Assembly: GCA_016124275.1 (NCBI GenBank)
Contig: WGOA01000014.1
Coordinates: forward strand, 71,833 to 135,832
Length of the DNA stretch: 64,000 bases
Direction: 5' to 3'
DNA from: Bacteroidota bacterium
GTDB lineage: Bacteria > Bacteroidota > Bacteroidia > Chitinophagales > BACL12
The position numbers were made by a program, and so were the translations under genes. Position 1 is the first letter of the stretch; each line of letters starts with the position of its first letter. Below, piece by piece: positions 36,990 through 46,800 of the stretch. The notes below the pieces were generated by a model. It saw only the letters and a list, made by a program, of their open reading frames with translations. It did no database searches and was not told where the DNA came from.

Positions 36990-39188
36990 TTATCGGATAA
37001 AGAGCAGTTCCCGGTACTTGGGCAGCGGCCAATGGGCGTCATCGACAAAGCGCTCCAGTTTGTCGGCGTGTTCGCGGATGCCGGGGAACATGGCCGTTAC
37101 TTTGTCGCAGTAAGCGATGGCGCGCTCGCGCGGGTCTTCTATTTTGTTGAGCGATCGGCGGTTGTCCACCATCTGGTCAAGTCCGGACTTTAATCCGTTG
37201 ATGTGGTGGTTGATCTTTCCGATCAAGTCACTTTGAGCCGCATAGCTTTCAGCAGGCATTCCCAATTCGCGCAGGCCACGGACATTTTCGAGCAAGGTGT
37301 TTTGGTACTTAACCGCTGCAGGGAGAATGAAGTTGATGCCCAGCTCGCCCATCAGGCGGGCTTCGATCTGGATTTTGCGCGTGTAGTCATCCAGCCAGAT
37401 CTCGTGGCGGGCGTGCATTTCGCGGTCCGTAAAAATCTTGTGCCGGATGAACAAGTCGCGGGCTTTTTCCGTCATGTAGAAGTCCAGCGCCTGGGGCGTG
37501 GTCTTGACGTTGTTCAGCCCGCGGCGGGCGGCTTCCTGCGCCCACTCTTCGCTGTAGTTGTCGCCCTCAAACATGATGGGGCGCGCTTCTTTGATGTAGC
37601 GGCTCAACACCCGCAGGATGGCGACATCGCGGTCTTCGCCTTCTTTGCGGATGACTTCCACGTCGGCGACGAACCTGCGAAGCTGGTCGGCCACCATGGT
37701 GTTGAGCACCGTCATGATGCTGGCGCAATTGGCTGAGGAGCCCACGGCGCGCACTTCGAACTTATTGCCGGTAAAAGCGAATGGCGAGGTGCGGTTGCGG
37801 TCGGTGTTGTCCAGCAGCAGATCGGGAATCTTGTTGTGGATGTCCAGCTTCAGGTCCTCTTTGGTCATTTTGTCCAGCTGGTCCTTGCCGGCGCGCTGTT
37901 CAATTTCGTCCAGTACCGAGGTCATTTCGGAGCCCAGGAAGACGGAGATGATGGCGGGTGGCGCTTCATTGGCCCCTAAACGGTGATCGTTGGAAGCGGC
38001 TGCGATGGCGGCGCGGATCAAGTCGCTGTGCTCGTACACGGCGCGCACCGTGTTGACGAAAAACGTGAGAAAGCGGAGGTTGGTTTTTGGGGTATTTCCA
38101 GGCGACAATAAATTGATGCCGGTGTCAGTACCCATGGACCAGTTGTTGTGCTTGCCCGAACCGTTTATGCCAGCATAAGGTTTCTCATGGAGAAGCACGC
38201 GGAGCTTGTGGCGCCGGGCAACGCGATCCATGACGTCCATCATGAGCTGGTTGTGGTCCACGGCCAGGTTCACTTCCTCAAACATGGGCGCTGCTTCAAA
38301 CTGGCTTGGGGCCACTTCGTTGTGACGCGTCCGTACCGGGATGCCGAGTTTGAGTGCTTCGGTTTCCATATCGACCATGTAAGCGTAAACACGCTCGGGA
38401 ATGGAGCCGAAGTAGTGGTCTTCCAACTGCTGGCCTTTGGCAGGGGTATGGCCAAAGACCGTGCGACCTGCCATGGCCAGGTCAGGACGAGCCTTGAAGA
38501 GCGCTTCGTCCACAAGAAAGTATTCTTGCTCCCAGCCCAGCGTTGGGGTGACTTTGCTGGTTTTTTTGTCGAAGTAGCTGCGCATGACGTCCAGTGCGGC
38601 TTCTTCCAGAGCGTGCACGGATTTGAGCAGCGGGGCTTTAAAGTCAAGCGCTTCGCCCGTGTAGGACACGAAAATGGTGGGGATGCACAAGGTTCGCCCC
38701 TTGTCAATCTCCATGATGAAAGCAGGGGAGGACGGGTCCCAGGCCGTGTAGCCGCGCGCTTCAAAGGTTTGGCGAAGGCCGCCTGACGGGAATGACGACG
38801 CATCGGGTTCCTGCTGCACCAGCGCATTGCCCGAGAAATTTTCGATGCCCTTGCCACCATCTGTGGGAACAAAGAACGAGTCGTGCTTTTCGGCGGTGGA
38901 CCCGGTGAGCGGTTGGAACCAGTGCGTGTAATGGGTGGCGCCTTTTGCCATGGCCCAGGCCTTCATGGAGCTGGCTACCTGGTCGGCAATTTTGCGGTCA
39001 ATTTTCTGGCCGGAGCGAATGGAGGCTTTGACGCTCAGGTAGGCCTCCTCCGACATGTGCTTCTTCATGGCGTTTTCGTGGTACACGTTGGCGCTGAAGA
39101 AGTCCGAAATTTTGTCCGAAGGGGGTTTGACCTGAATGCGATCACGGCCAAGAACAGTTTCCAGGGATTGAAAACGCAAGGAGGACAT
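36990..39188 (-). CDS. glnA: glutamine synthetase, type III
   Basis: 732 aa, the length and layout of Bacteroides-type GSIII. RHNEVAPSQFEAAPMFE is the GS catalytic region. Confidence 0.9.
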   Translation of the reverse strand: MSSLRFQSLETVLGRDRIQVKPPSDKISDFFSANVYHENAMKKHMSEEAYLSVKASIRSGQKIDRKIADQVASSMKAWAMAKGATHYTHWFQPLTGSTAEKHDSFFVPTDGGKGIENFSGNALVQQEPDASSFPSGGLRQTFEARGYTAWDPSSPAFIMEIDKGRTLCIPTIFVSYTGEALDFKAPLLKSVHALEEAALDVMRSYFDKKTSKVTPTLGWEQEYFLVDEALFKARPDLAMAGRTVFGHTPAKGQQLEDHYFGSIPERVYAYMVDMETEALKLGIPVRTRHNEVAPSQFEAAPMFEEVNLAVDHNQLMMDVMDRVARRHKLRVLLHEKPYAGINGSGKHNNWSMGTDTGINLLSPGNTPKTNLRFLTFFVNTVRAVYEHSDLIRAAIAAASNDHRLGANEAPPAIISVFLGSEMTSVLDEIEQRAGKDQLDKMTKEDLKLDIHNKIPDLLLDNTDRNRTSPFAFTGNKFEVRAVGSSANCASIMTVLNTMVADQLRRFVADVEVIRKEGEDRDVAILRVLSRYIKEARPIMFEGDNYSEEWAQEAARRGLNNVKTTPQALDFYMTEKARDLFIRHKIFTDREMHARHEIWLDDYTRKIQIEARLMGELGINFILPAAVKYQNTLLENVRGLRELGMPAESYAAQSDLIGKINHHINGLKSGLDQMVDNRRSLNKIEDPRERAIAYCDKVTAMFPGIREHADKLERFVDDAHWPLPKYRELLFIR

Positions 39189-39222
39189 AGATTGGGTTTT
39201 GATTGGGGAATCTGGACGGGCG

Positions 39223-39230
39223 CAAAAGTA
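39223..39230 (-). promoter_or_regulatory. candidate Bacteroidota -7 promoter box (TACTTTTG matches TAnnTTTG) for the GSIII gene
   Basis: The reverse strand reads TACTTTTG 35 nt upstream of ATG 39188, in an AT-rich 264-nt spacer. No clear -33 element. Confidence 0.3.
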
Positions 39231-39452
39231 AGCTATTTGCTGTAAACTTGGTTTTTATACCCGCTTTCGGCATAAAATGTTAATAATGAGTGCAAAATTT
39301 TAGTTTTTTAGACTGAATTTACTGCATTTTGGCAGTCACGGGCCTTGATTTTAACAAACATAGAAATAAATAAAGTGATGGAGCTGCGCACAGCATGATG
39401 GCCATTCCCCGGAAAAAGCAGGGCGAAGGGCTGCAACGCGCCCCCCCAGGCC

Positions 39453-40745
39453 TTACGCGCTTTCCTTGAGCATAAGCCTTGGGCGCGGCAACCATTCCGG
39501 CCAACGGGAAGGGGGATTGCCCACCAGTGCAACAGCGAAAACCAAAGGTAAAACCGAAGATTTGTAGCGGACGATGGCCCCAAGTGCCGGAACCGTCAGG
39601 CCCACCACCAGCATCACGCCCAAACTGAAAAAGAAGCAAAAGGCCAGGACGGGAGCATACGAGCGCCGCCATCGCCATCCGGCCACAAGCACTAGCAACA
39701 ACAAGACCTGCATCGCACCGCTGATTGCGGCCAGCACCTGGAAGCCATTTTCGGGTGCATTGAAGAAGATCTCCAGCCACACGTGGTCCAACGCTATGGG
39801 CAAGTTGGCCAGCAGGTCAGCGGCGGAATCTCCGATCGGCCGCATCGGCAGGTGCGTATTGCCTTTCAAATTCAGCAGGAACTCCTGTTCTGCCCTGAGC
39901 CTACCGAGCACGTCAAAGGCAGGAGACAAGCGACTCAAGGGCACCAGAAGCCCCAGCAAAACAAGGTGCATGGCGGCAAAGCGGGCAAAATGCGGCCCGG
40001 GATGCCGCAGGCACCAGGTGTACAGCGCCAGATTGGGGACGAGCAGCAGCACCATGTACGAGCGGCAATTCCAAAGCAAAAAAGCGCCAAACGAAAAAAG
40101 CAGCATGTGCCTGAACCTAGGATTCAGCACCAGCTGTCGCGTGCTGTACATCAGGGCACCCAATGAAAACAGGGTCACAGAGTCTTTGTGGATGGCCGAG
40201 CACCAAAAAAGGGTGGAAGGTATAAAAAATACGGCCAGCGCCAGGACGCCTGCATGGCGCTGGAAGCTTTCGGCCAGTACCCGGTGAAGCCAGGTGAGCC
40301 CGACCATCGAAAACAGGCAAAGCAGAACGGTATTGCCGTAAAAGTGGCCCAACGTGAAAACGTTGAACACGCTGTTGATGCGGACGGACAGAAATTCCTG
40401 GGTGCGCCAATTGAGGCGCAATTGATCGTCCAAATACAGCAGGTGGTCGGGAACCTGGCCAGAAGAAGAAAACCCAAAAGTCATCTCCAGAAAATGGGCA
40501 GGATTGTTGGCCAACACGCCATAAATAACCTGGCTGTCCTGAAAGTAGTGAACGATGTCGCCGGTTTGATAAACGTGAAAATAGATCAATCCGTAGGCGC
40601 TGCCCGCCAGGATTTTCAGCCAGAACGCCGCCAGCAATACTGCCGGACGGACCGGGCTTTTACGCCAGAAGCTGCCGCGCAGAATCCACCCGCTGCCCAG
40701 CAGGCCGTAGAACAGCACAAAAATCAGGTTCCCCGCCCAGTTCAA
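39453..40745 (-). CDS. polytopic membrane protein of unknown function
   Basis: 430-aa ORF with about 10 hydrophobic segments and a Trp/Phe/Leu-rich composition. Resembles polymerase or GT-C-like integral membrane proteins, but no motif was recognised. Confidence 0.6.
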   Translation of the reverse strand: MNWAGNLIFVLFYGLLGSGWILRGSFWRKSPVRPAVLLAAFWLKILAGSAYGLIYFHVYQTGDIVHYFQDSQVIYGVLANNPAHFLEMTFGFSSSGQVPDHLLYLDDQLRLNWRTQEFLSVRINSVFNVFTLGHFYGNTVLLCLFSMVGLTWLHRVLAESFQRHAGVLALAVFFIPSTLFWCSAIHKDSVTLFSLGALMYSTRQLVLNPRFRHMLLFSFGAFLLWNCRSYMVLLLVPNLALYTWCLRHPGPHFARFAAMHLVLLGLLVPLSRLSPAFDVLGRLRAEQEFLLNLKGNTHLPMRPIGDSAADLLANLPIALDHVWLEIFFNAPENGFQVLAAISGAMQVLLLLVLVAGWRWRRSYAPVLAFCFFFSLGVMLVVGLTVPALGAIVRYKSSVLPLVFAVALVGNPPSRWPEWLPRPRLMLKESA

Positions 40746-40862
40746 TAGCAGCCTTTGCCTGCTAAGATAGCAAGGACGCCGCCGGGCGCGCGCGGGCTTT
40801 TCGCCTGTTGGCGGTTAACTTTGCCGCAGGGGCGGTTGTTGAATCCGCCCTGCAACTACGGC

Positions 40863-43106
40863 ATGAGCGAACAACAAACGCTGACCCAGGGGGTCACGGT
40901 AGAAACGGCAGAGCAATTGGGCTTGTTGGCCGAAGAGTTTGACAAGATCCAGCGCGTTTTAGGGCGCATTCCCAATTTCAACGAGTTGAGCGTGTATTCG
41001 GTCATGTGGTCGGAGCATTGTTCGTATAAGAATTCCATCCGCTGGCTCAAGACGCTTCCGAGGGAAGGGCGCCGGCTGCTGGTCGAGGCCGGTGAAGAGA
41101 ATGCGGGCCTTATTGATCTGGGCGACGGGTTGGCCTGTGCGTTTAAAATTGAAAGCCATAACCATCCTTCGGCGATAGAGCCCTACCAGGGCGCTGCGAC
41201 GGGGGTGGGGGGTATTCACCGCGACATCTTTACCATGGGTGCGCGCCCGATAGCGGCGCTTAACTCTTTGCGTTTTGGTGAGTTGAACAACAGCAAAACA
41301 AGGCATCTGCTCCGCGGCGTAGTGCGCGGAATTGGCGATTACGGCAATTGTTTCGGCGTGCCGACGGTAGGAGGCGAGATTTACTTTGAATCTTGCTACC
41401 AGACCAATCCCCTGGTCAACGCCATGTCGGTGGGCATTGTGGAGCACGGCAAGACCTGTTCGGCTATTGCGCAAGGCGCGGGCAATCCGGTCTTCATTGT
41501 CGGCTCTGCTACCGGCAAAGACGGCATTCACGGGGCCACCTTTGCCAGCGGCGACATCACCGAAGACTCCGCGCAGGATCTGCCCGCCGTGCAGGTTGGC
41601 GATCCATTTCAGGAAAAATTGCTGTTGGAAGCATCGCTCGAAGCCATTGCCACCGGCGCCCTGGTGGGCATGCAGGACATGGGTGCTGCGGGCATTACCT
41701 GTTCCACGGCTGAAATGTCGGCCAAAGGCAAGTGCGGCATGCGCGTTGACCTGAGCAAAGTCCCAACCCGCCAGCCCAATATGAAGCCCTGGGAGATTCT
41801 GCTGAGTGAATCGCAGGAACGCATGCTGGTGGTGGTGCACCAAGGCCGCGAAGCGGAGATCCAGGCTGTTTTTGACAAGTGGGATTTGCACTGCGTCCAG
41901 ATTGGGGAAGTTACCGATACCGGGCGTTTGGAATACTACATGGAGGGCAGCAAAGTGGCTGATATCCCGGCCGAATCCCTGGTGCTGGGCGGAGGTGCGC
42001 CCGTTTACGATCGCGAAACCAGAGAACCTGCTTACCTGGCGCAGCGCGAAACGATTAATCCACGCGATTACCCGGTTCCTTCCAATGCGCTCCGCGCAGC
42101 GCTGCGTCTGGCTGTTCATCCCAACATTGCCTCGCGCCGCTGGGTCACGACCCAGTACGACAGCATGGTGGGCATCGACAACGCGAGCACCAACGCCCCA
42201 TCAGATGCCTCGGTGATTCGGCTCAAAAACAGCCAAAAGGCCCTGGCCATGACCGTGGATTGCAACGCCCGCTATGTGCACGCAGACCCTTACACGGGAG
42301 CGGCCATTGCGGTAGCGGAGGCTGCGCGAAACATTACGTGCAGCGGCGGGGAGGGCCTGGCCATTACCAATTGCCTCAACTTTGGCAACCCCTACAATCC
42401 GGAAGTGTACTGGCAGTTTGTGCACGCCATTCGCGGCATGGGCGATGCCTGCCGCCGATTCGGCACGCCGGTAACGGGCGGCAACGTCAGCTTTTACAAC
42501 CAAAGCGCAGAAGATGGACCCGTGTTTCCAACCCCGGTCATCGGCATGGTGGGGCTCATTGAAGACTTCAGCCAGCGCATGACCCTTGACTTCAAGCGCC
42601 CCGGCGATCTGCTGGTGCAGGTTGGGCGCTTAAGCGAGGACATGAACAGTTCCATCTACCTGCAGATCTACCATAACATTGCTTATAGTGCAGCTCCGGA
42701 ATTCGATTTGGAAGAGGAGGTGCGCATGCAGAACCTGGTGCGCCGCCTGATTCGCGCCGGGCTGGTGCAATCGGCGCATGACCTTTCTGAAGGGGGGCTG
42801 TTTATTTGTGCGCTGGAGAGCGCTATGGCCGGGCGAAGGGGTTTCTCGCTGCGCACAGTGGACGGCTTGCGCAAAGACGGTATTCTGTTTGGCGAGGCAC
42901 AGGGCCGAGTGCTGCTCAGCATTCGGCCGGAGGACTGGGATGCCCTTCAAGCATTGGCTGAAGAAATGGGCGTGCCTGTGCACCTTTTTGGCGAAGTAAC
43001 CGACGACGCTGTTACCGTGGATGCGCAGGATTATGGCCGCATCAGCGAATGGGCAACGCGTTACGAGCAAGCCCTGGCTGACATGATGGACGCCCCCGGG
43101 GCCTGA
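40863..43106 (+). CDS. purL: phosphoribosylformylglycinamidine synthase subunit PurL
   Basis: 747 aa from ATG 40863 (MSEQQTLTQG). MWSEHCSYKNS and ESHNHPSAIEPYQGAATGVGGIHRD are diagnostic. Confidence 0.93.
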   Translation: MSEQQTLTQGVTVETAEQLGLLAEEFDKIQRVLGRIPNFNELSVYSVMWSEHCSYKNSIRWLKTLPREGRRLLVEAGEENAGLIDLGDGLACAFKIESHNHPSAIEPYQGAATGVGGIHRDIFTMGARPIAALNSLRFGELNNSKTRHLLRGVVRGIGDYGNCFGVPTVGGEIYFESCYQTNPLVNAMSVGIVEHGKTCSAIAQGAGNPVFIVGSATGKDGIHGATFASGDITEDSAQDLPAVQVGDPFQEKLLLEASLEAIATGALVGMQDMGAAGITCSTAEMSAKGKCGMRVDLSKVPTRQPNMKPWEILLSESQERMLVVVHQGREAEIQAVFDKWDLHCVQIGEVTDTGRLEYYMEGSKVADIPAESLVLGGGAPVYDRETREPAYLAQRETINPRDYPVPSNALRAALRLAVHPNIASRRWVTTQYDSMVGIDNASTNAPSDASVIRLKNSQKALAMTVDCNARYVHADPYTGAAIAVAEAARNITCSGGEGLAITNCLNFGNPYNPEVYWQFVHAIRGMGDACRRFGTPVTGGNVSFYNQSAEDGPVFPTPVIGMVGLIEDFSQRMTLDFKRPGDLLVQVGRLSEDMNSSIYLQIYHNIAYSAAPEFDLEEEVRMQNLVRRLIRAGLVQSAHDLSEGGLFICALESAMAGRRGFSLRTVDGLRKDGILFGEAQGRVLLSIRPEDWDALQALAEEMGVPVHLFGEVTDDAVTVDAQDYGRISEWATRYEQALADMMDAPGA

Positions 43107-43128
43107 GAAAGTTGGCTTTCTTTGGGAA

Positions 43129-43629
43129 TCACTCCGCCACCAACACCAACCCGTGTTTGCTGGCAAAGGTCTTTTGGGCCTCGTAAAGCCGTGCGTTGTT
43201 GCGGTTCTCTTCCACCAAAATGGAGGCTACGATGCGGCGCACCAACAGAGAATCTTCGATGGTGTAATAGGCATCACCGGTCAGGCTGATCAGCGAGCGG
43301 CTTTGTTCCCGGCACAGGCGGTCATAAAAGGCGAGGACTTCAAGTGCCTGGTCGCGAAAGGCATCATCGCCGTCAAAGGGCTCCATGCTTTCGATGCGAC
43401 CGCGGGCTGCGAACAGGTAAATTTGAAGGGCGTTGATCTGGGCGGTATCTAAGTTGGGACCATCGTAAAAAGCCGCCATTTGCCGGCTGGCCCGGTCCAA
43501 TTCCACCACAATGCGATCGTTGTAGGCAGAGACGGGGATCTGTTCTGCCGACCGACAACCCGCCAGGCCAATGGCCAGACACAAGCCTGAAAGAAAACCC
43601 TGCCACCAGAACTGCAAACGAACAGCCAT
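43129..43629 (-). CDS. hypothetical lipoprotein
   Basis: 166 aa from ATG 43629. MAVRLQFWWQGFLSGLCLAIGLAGC is a lipoprotein signal. No family recognised. Confidence 0.55.
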   Translation of the reverse strand: MAVRLQFWWQGFLSGLCLAIGLAGCRSAEQIPVSAYNDRIVVELDRASRQMAAFYDGPNLDTAQINALQIYLFAARGRIESMEPFDGDDAFRDQALEVLAFYDRLCREQSRSLISLTGDAYYTIEDSLLVRRIVASILVEENRNNARLYEAQKTFASKHGLVLVAE

Positions 43630-43745
43630 TCGCCCGAAAATTAAGAAAAATACGGTCCACGGTGGCCAGCCTGAGCGTTCTTGCCCTGTTGCATGCGCGG
43701 CATGCAGCGCCACGATCGGCGAATCGGCATGCGTTTCATGCTGCC

Positions 43746-45248
43746 TCAGTGTTTCCATTGCGGTAGCCAAGAGCGTTTCTTGGTCTGGTGCGGTTGCATG
43801 CTGAGCAGGATGGTTTCGAGTGCTTCAACGGCTTCCAGAATGTAGGGACCCTTGTTGAGCATCACCGCTTCTGCGCGGACCCCCATGGCGGCATCCGTGA
43901 CCTCTGCGCGGGAGGGCAATCCCGTTTTGGCCAGGTTTTCCAGCACCTGCGTCGCCCAAATGGTGGGCACATGCGCGGCTTCGGCGATGCGCAGGATTTC
44001 TTCCTGCACTTCGGCCAGACGCACAAAGCCGCTTTCGACTGCCAAATCCCCGCGCGCGATCATAACCCCAACGTCGCGGCGCTTCATGGCGCTGAGCAGC
44101 AGGTTGGGCAATTGCTTAAAACCGCTGTTGGTTTCAATCTTCAGCACCAACCCGAGGTGCGATGCATGGGCTTGGTCGAGGGCCTGCATTAAATCCTCCA
44201 CATCAGAAACGCGGTTGACGAAAGACATCGCGACCAAATCGGCGTGGCGGGTGATGAAGTCCAAATCATGGCGATCCTGTGCCGTCAGGGCAGCGAGGTG
44301 GAGTGCCGTTCCCGGAAGATTGATTCCCTTTTCGGAACGCAGTTTCCGCCCGCCGGGAGGCGCTTGCGTGATCTTAATCCGCAGACCGTCGCGGTCCGCG
44401 GCTTCAATTTGGCCGCCAAGGGTTCCATCGTCAAACCAGATGGGTTCACCGGCGCGGGCATCGCTAAACACTTCTGGAACGGTGCAACCGATGACAGCGG
44501 CATAGTCGGTGGGAAGGGCGTTTTGCAGGTTGGCTTCCGGAACCAACAACACCCAATCGCCGCGTTCCAGCCGGGCGCCGTCTTCCTGGTTCAGAATACT
44601 GCCCGTTCTGATTTTAGGCCCGCCTAAGTCCATGCAGATGCGGCAGGAAACTCCATGAGCTTCGCGCGCTGCAAGGATATGGCCCACCAGCGCTTCCCAG
44701 GTTTGGGGATCATCGTGCGCGCAATTGATGCGCGCCATGCTCATTCCCGAGCCGACCAGATTGTGAATAAACGCGGGGTTGTCGGCGGCATCGCCCGGCA
44801 TCGTAACCATGATGCGCACTTTGCGATGGTTGCCCACGGGGCCCAGCAGGCGATCGGAGTTGAGCACCAGCCTATCCTGCCCTTGCCGAAAGCCGATCGG
44901 GGTAGGACCGTCGCTGAAGTCGGGCATTCCGGCCTGGCGGGCCAACGCCAACATGGCCAATGCGCGTTCCAACGCAATCATCACGTGCGGTTCAACGCGT
45001 CCCAGCGAACTCAACCCCACCTGGCTCAGCCGATCTTGCAGCGGGCGGATGTCGTAGCGCCGCAAAGACAGGTAATGCAGGAGGTTGCGCGCCGATGGGT
45101 GGTGGTCGGGGTGCACGGCCAGTAGCTTTTCTTCTACATCATGCTCATCGGCAATCAGATGGTCGCGCAACTTATACAAATCAAAGGCCAGGGCATCCAG
45201 CACGCTTTTGCTCAGCGCTTCCGAGGCCGGGGTAATGCGGTGGGCCAT
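43746..45248 (-). CDS. pyruvate kinase-like protein (atypical: N-terminal extension, no C-terminal regulatory domain)
   Basis: 500 aa with PK barrel motifs ARINCAHD, DLGGPKIRTG, MIARGDLAVE and ATQVLENL. About 135 extra N-terminal residues. The protein ends shortly after the barrel. Confidence 0.7.
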   Translation of the reverse strand: MAHRITPASEALSKSVLDALAFDLYKLRDHLIADEHDVEEKLLAVHPDHHPSARNLLHYLSLRRYDIRPLQDRLSQVGLSSLGRVEPHVMIALERALAMLALARQAGMPDFSDGPTPIGFRQGQDRLVLNSDRLLGPVGNHRKVRIMVTMPGDAADNPAFIHNLVGSGMSMARINCAHDDPQTWEALVGHILAAREAHGVSCRICMDLGGPKIRTGSILNQEDGARLERGDWVLLVPEANLQNALPTDYAAVIGCTVPEVFSDARAGEPIWFDDGTLGGQIEAADRDGLRIKITQAPPGGRKLRSEKGINLPGTALHLAALTAQDRHDLDFITRHADLVAMSFVNRVSDVEDLMQALDQAHASHLGLVLKIETNSGFKQLPNLLLSAMKRRDVGVMIARGDLAVESGFVRLAEVQEEILRIAEAAHVPTIWATQVLENLAKTGLPSRAEVTDAAMGVRAEAVMLNKGPYILEAVEALETILLSMQPHQTKKRSWLPQWKH

Positions 45249-45273
45249 GGGGAGAAGTGATTTCGCGGCTAAG

Positions 45274-46635
45274 CTACGCCCCGGCGGGTTCCAGAATCAA
45301 CTTGCCTTTTTCGGCGCGCAAGCGGGAACGCCCTTGCAGAAAGTCCAGCATGGCTTCGCCAGCCAATTCCCGGCGCCAACCGTTGAGGACCGGTACATCG
45401 CGGATTCCCGCAACTACATCTGCCAATTCAGCGCGCGATGAAAGCATGGCCTGGCTGATGTCGGCACGGCGGGCCTGGATCTGTAACACCACGGCCAAAG
45501 CCATGACCAACGCATCATCCACCTCGCGGGCAACGCCTCGTTTGCGACCATCGGGCCACTGGTCGCGCGGCATCTTCTCCGATTCCAACACCAGCTCAAT
45601 GAGGCGCGCTCCGTATTTTTTCCGGATGCCAGGGTCCAACCCACGCATGCGCTCCAGGGGGGCTTCCGTGCGCGGCCGTTGCCGGGCCAGGTCAAGAATG
45701 ATTTCGTCGGGCAAAACCCGGCGGCGCGGGCGGTCCAGTTCCTGGGCCGTAGTTTCCCGCCAGGCCGTAATACGTTGGGCAATGGCACAACCAACGCCTT
45801 TGAGCTTGTCGGTGCCTTTCACCTTTTCCCAAGCGGCTTGCGGGTCTGTTTTGTAAGTGTTCAGGTCGCTCAGGGTGCGCTGCTCTTCGTTCAACCATTC
45901 GCGGCGACCCCGGCGCAGTAAATCGTCATTGAGGTTTTTGTACAGCGCTGCCAGGTAGCGAACATCATCGGCGGCGTAGCGCACTACGTCTGCGTCAAGC
46001 GGGCGGTGCATCCAGTCGGTGCGCACCTGGGTTTTGCCGAGGGGAACCCCGCAAACTTTCTGCACCAGCGGACCGTATCCGATTTGTTCGCCGAGCCCCA
46101 GAAGCGCTGCGGCAATTTGTGTATCGAAAAAGGGCGACGGTACTTGTCCGGTGCGTTCCACAAAAATTTCGAGGTCCTGCCGGCCGGCGTGCAGGATCTT
46201 GAGCACCTGCGGATCCAGCACAAGCTCATCCAGCGGGCTCAGGTCCATGCCGGGAGCCAGCGGATCTACGCAGGCAATCTGGCGGAATGTGGCCAATTGC
46301 ACCAGCGCGAGGCGGGCATAATAGGTGCGTTCGCGGTGAAATTCCGTGTCAAAGGCTACCACGCGCTCCAGTCGGGCCGTTTGGCAAAAGGCGCGCAGCG
46401 TTTCGGTGTCCTGAATCCAGACGACTTCGCGGGTGTCTGCAGGGGCGGAGGGCTGCTGCCGGGATGGATCTGACGCAGCGGCCTGATCATCGGAGCGGGT
46501 TTCAGGATCGGCGTCCAACGGGCTGTCAGGTCTCGGAGCTGGTTTCGGGGCTGGTTTTCCGGACTTTGGCATAGGGGGAAGGGGTGCAATTGGGGCAGCG
46601 GGCAATCCGGTTTTCTGCCTGCTGCAAGATAACAC
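45274..46635 (-). CDS. rnd: ribonuclease D (DEDDy 3'-5' exonuclease + HRDC) with Pro/Ala-rich N-terminal extension
   Basis: VVAFDTEFHRERTYYARLALVQLA (ExoI), HAGRQDLE (ExoII) and YAADDVRYL (ExoIII), followed by an HRDC-like region. The first ~68 aa are low complexity, so the start is uncertain. Confidence 0.82.
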   Translation of the reverse strand: MLSCSRQKTGLPAAPIAPLPPMPKSGKPAPKPAPRPDSPLDADPETRSDDQAAASDPSRQQPSAPADTREVVWIQDTETLRAFCQTARLERVVAFDTEFHRERTYYARLALVQLATFRQIACVDPLAPGMDLSPLDELVLDPQVLKILHAGRQDLEIFVERTGQVPSPFFDTQIAAALLGLGEQIGYGPLVQKVCGVPLGKTQVRTDWMHRPLDADVVRYAADDVRYLAALYKNLNDDLLRRGRREWLNEEQRTLSDLNTYKTDPQAAWEKVKGTDKLKGVGCAIAQRITAWRETTAQELDRPRRRVLPDEIILDLARQRPRTEAPLERMRGLDPGIRKKYGARLIELVLESEKMPRDQWPDGRKRGVAREVDDALVMALAVVLQIQARRADISQAMLSSRAELADVVAGIRDVPVLNGWRRELAGEAMLDFLQGRSRLRAEKGKLILEPAGA

Positions 46636-46800
46636 CGCAAGGGCAACGGCAGGTACGGCATGTGGCTTATCCTGGCAACATAGCAGGCCGGCTATGCGTT
46701 AGACCAGGTGTTAACAGATAGCACGCAGGATAAGGGGGATTTTAGCAGTACCCTTATCTTAGCCCTTTGAAGTTGCCCTGATACCGGTCCCCCTTCGCCC

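Noticed and set aside
40746-40862. Possible ZTP (pfl) or purine riboswitch upstream of purL.
   Set aside because: The spacer is only 117 nt and is shared with a divergent gene. I could not find the conserved CCGCCUGGGC-type pseudoknot sequence or a terminator.
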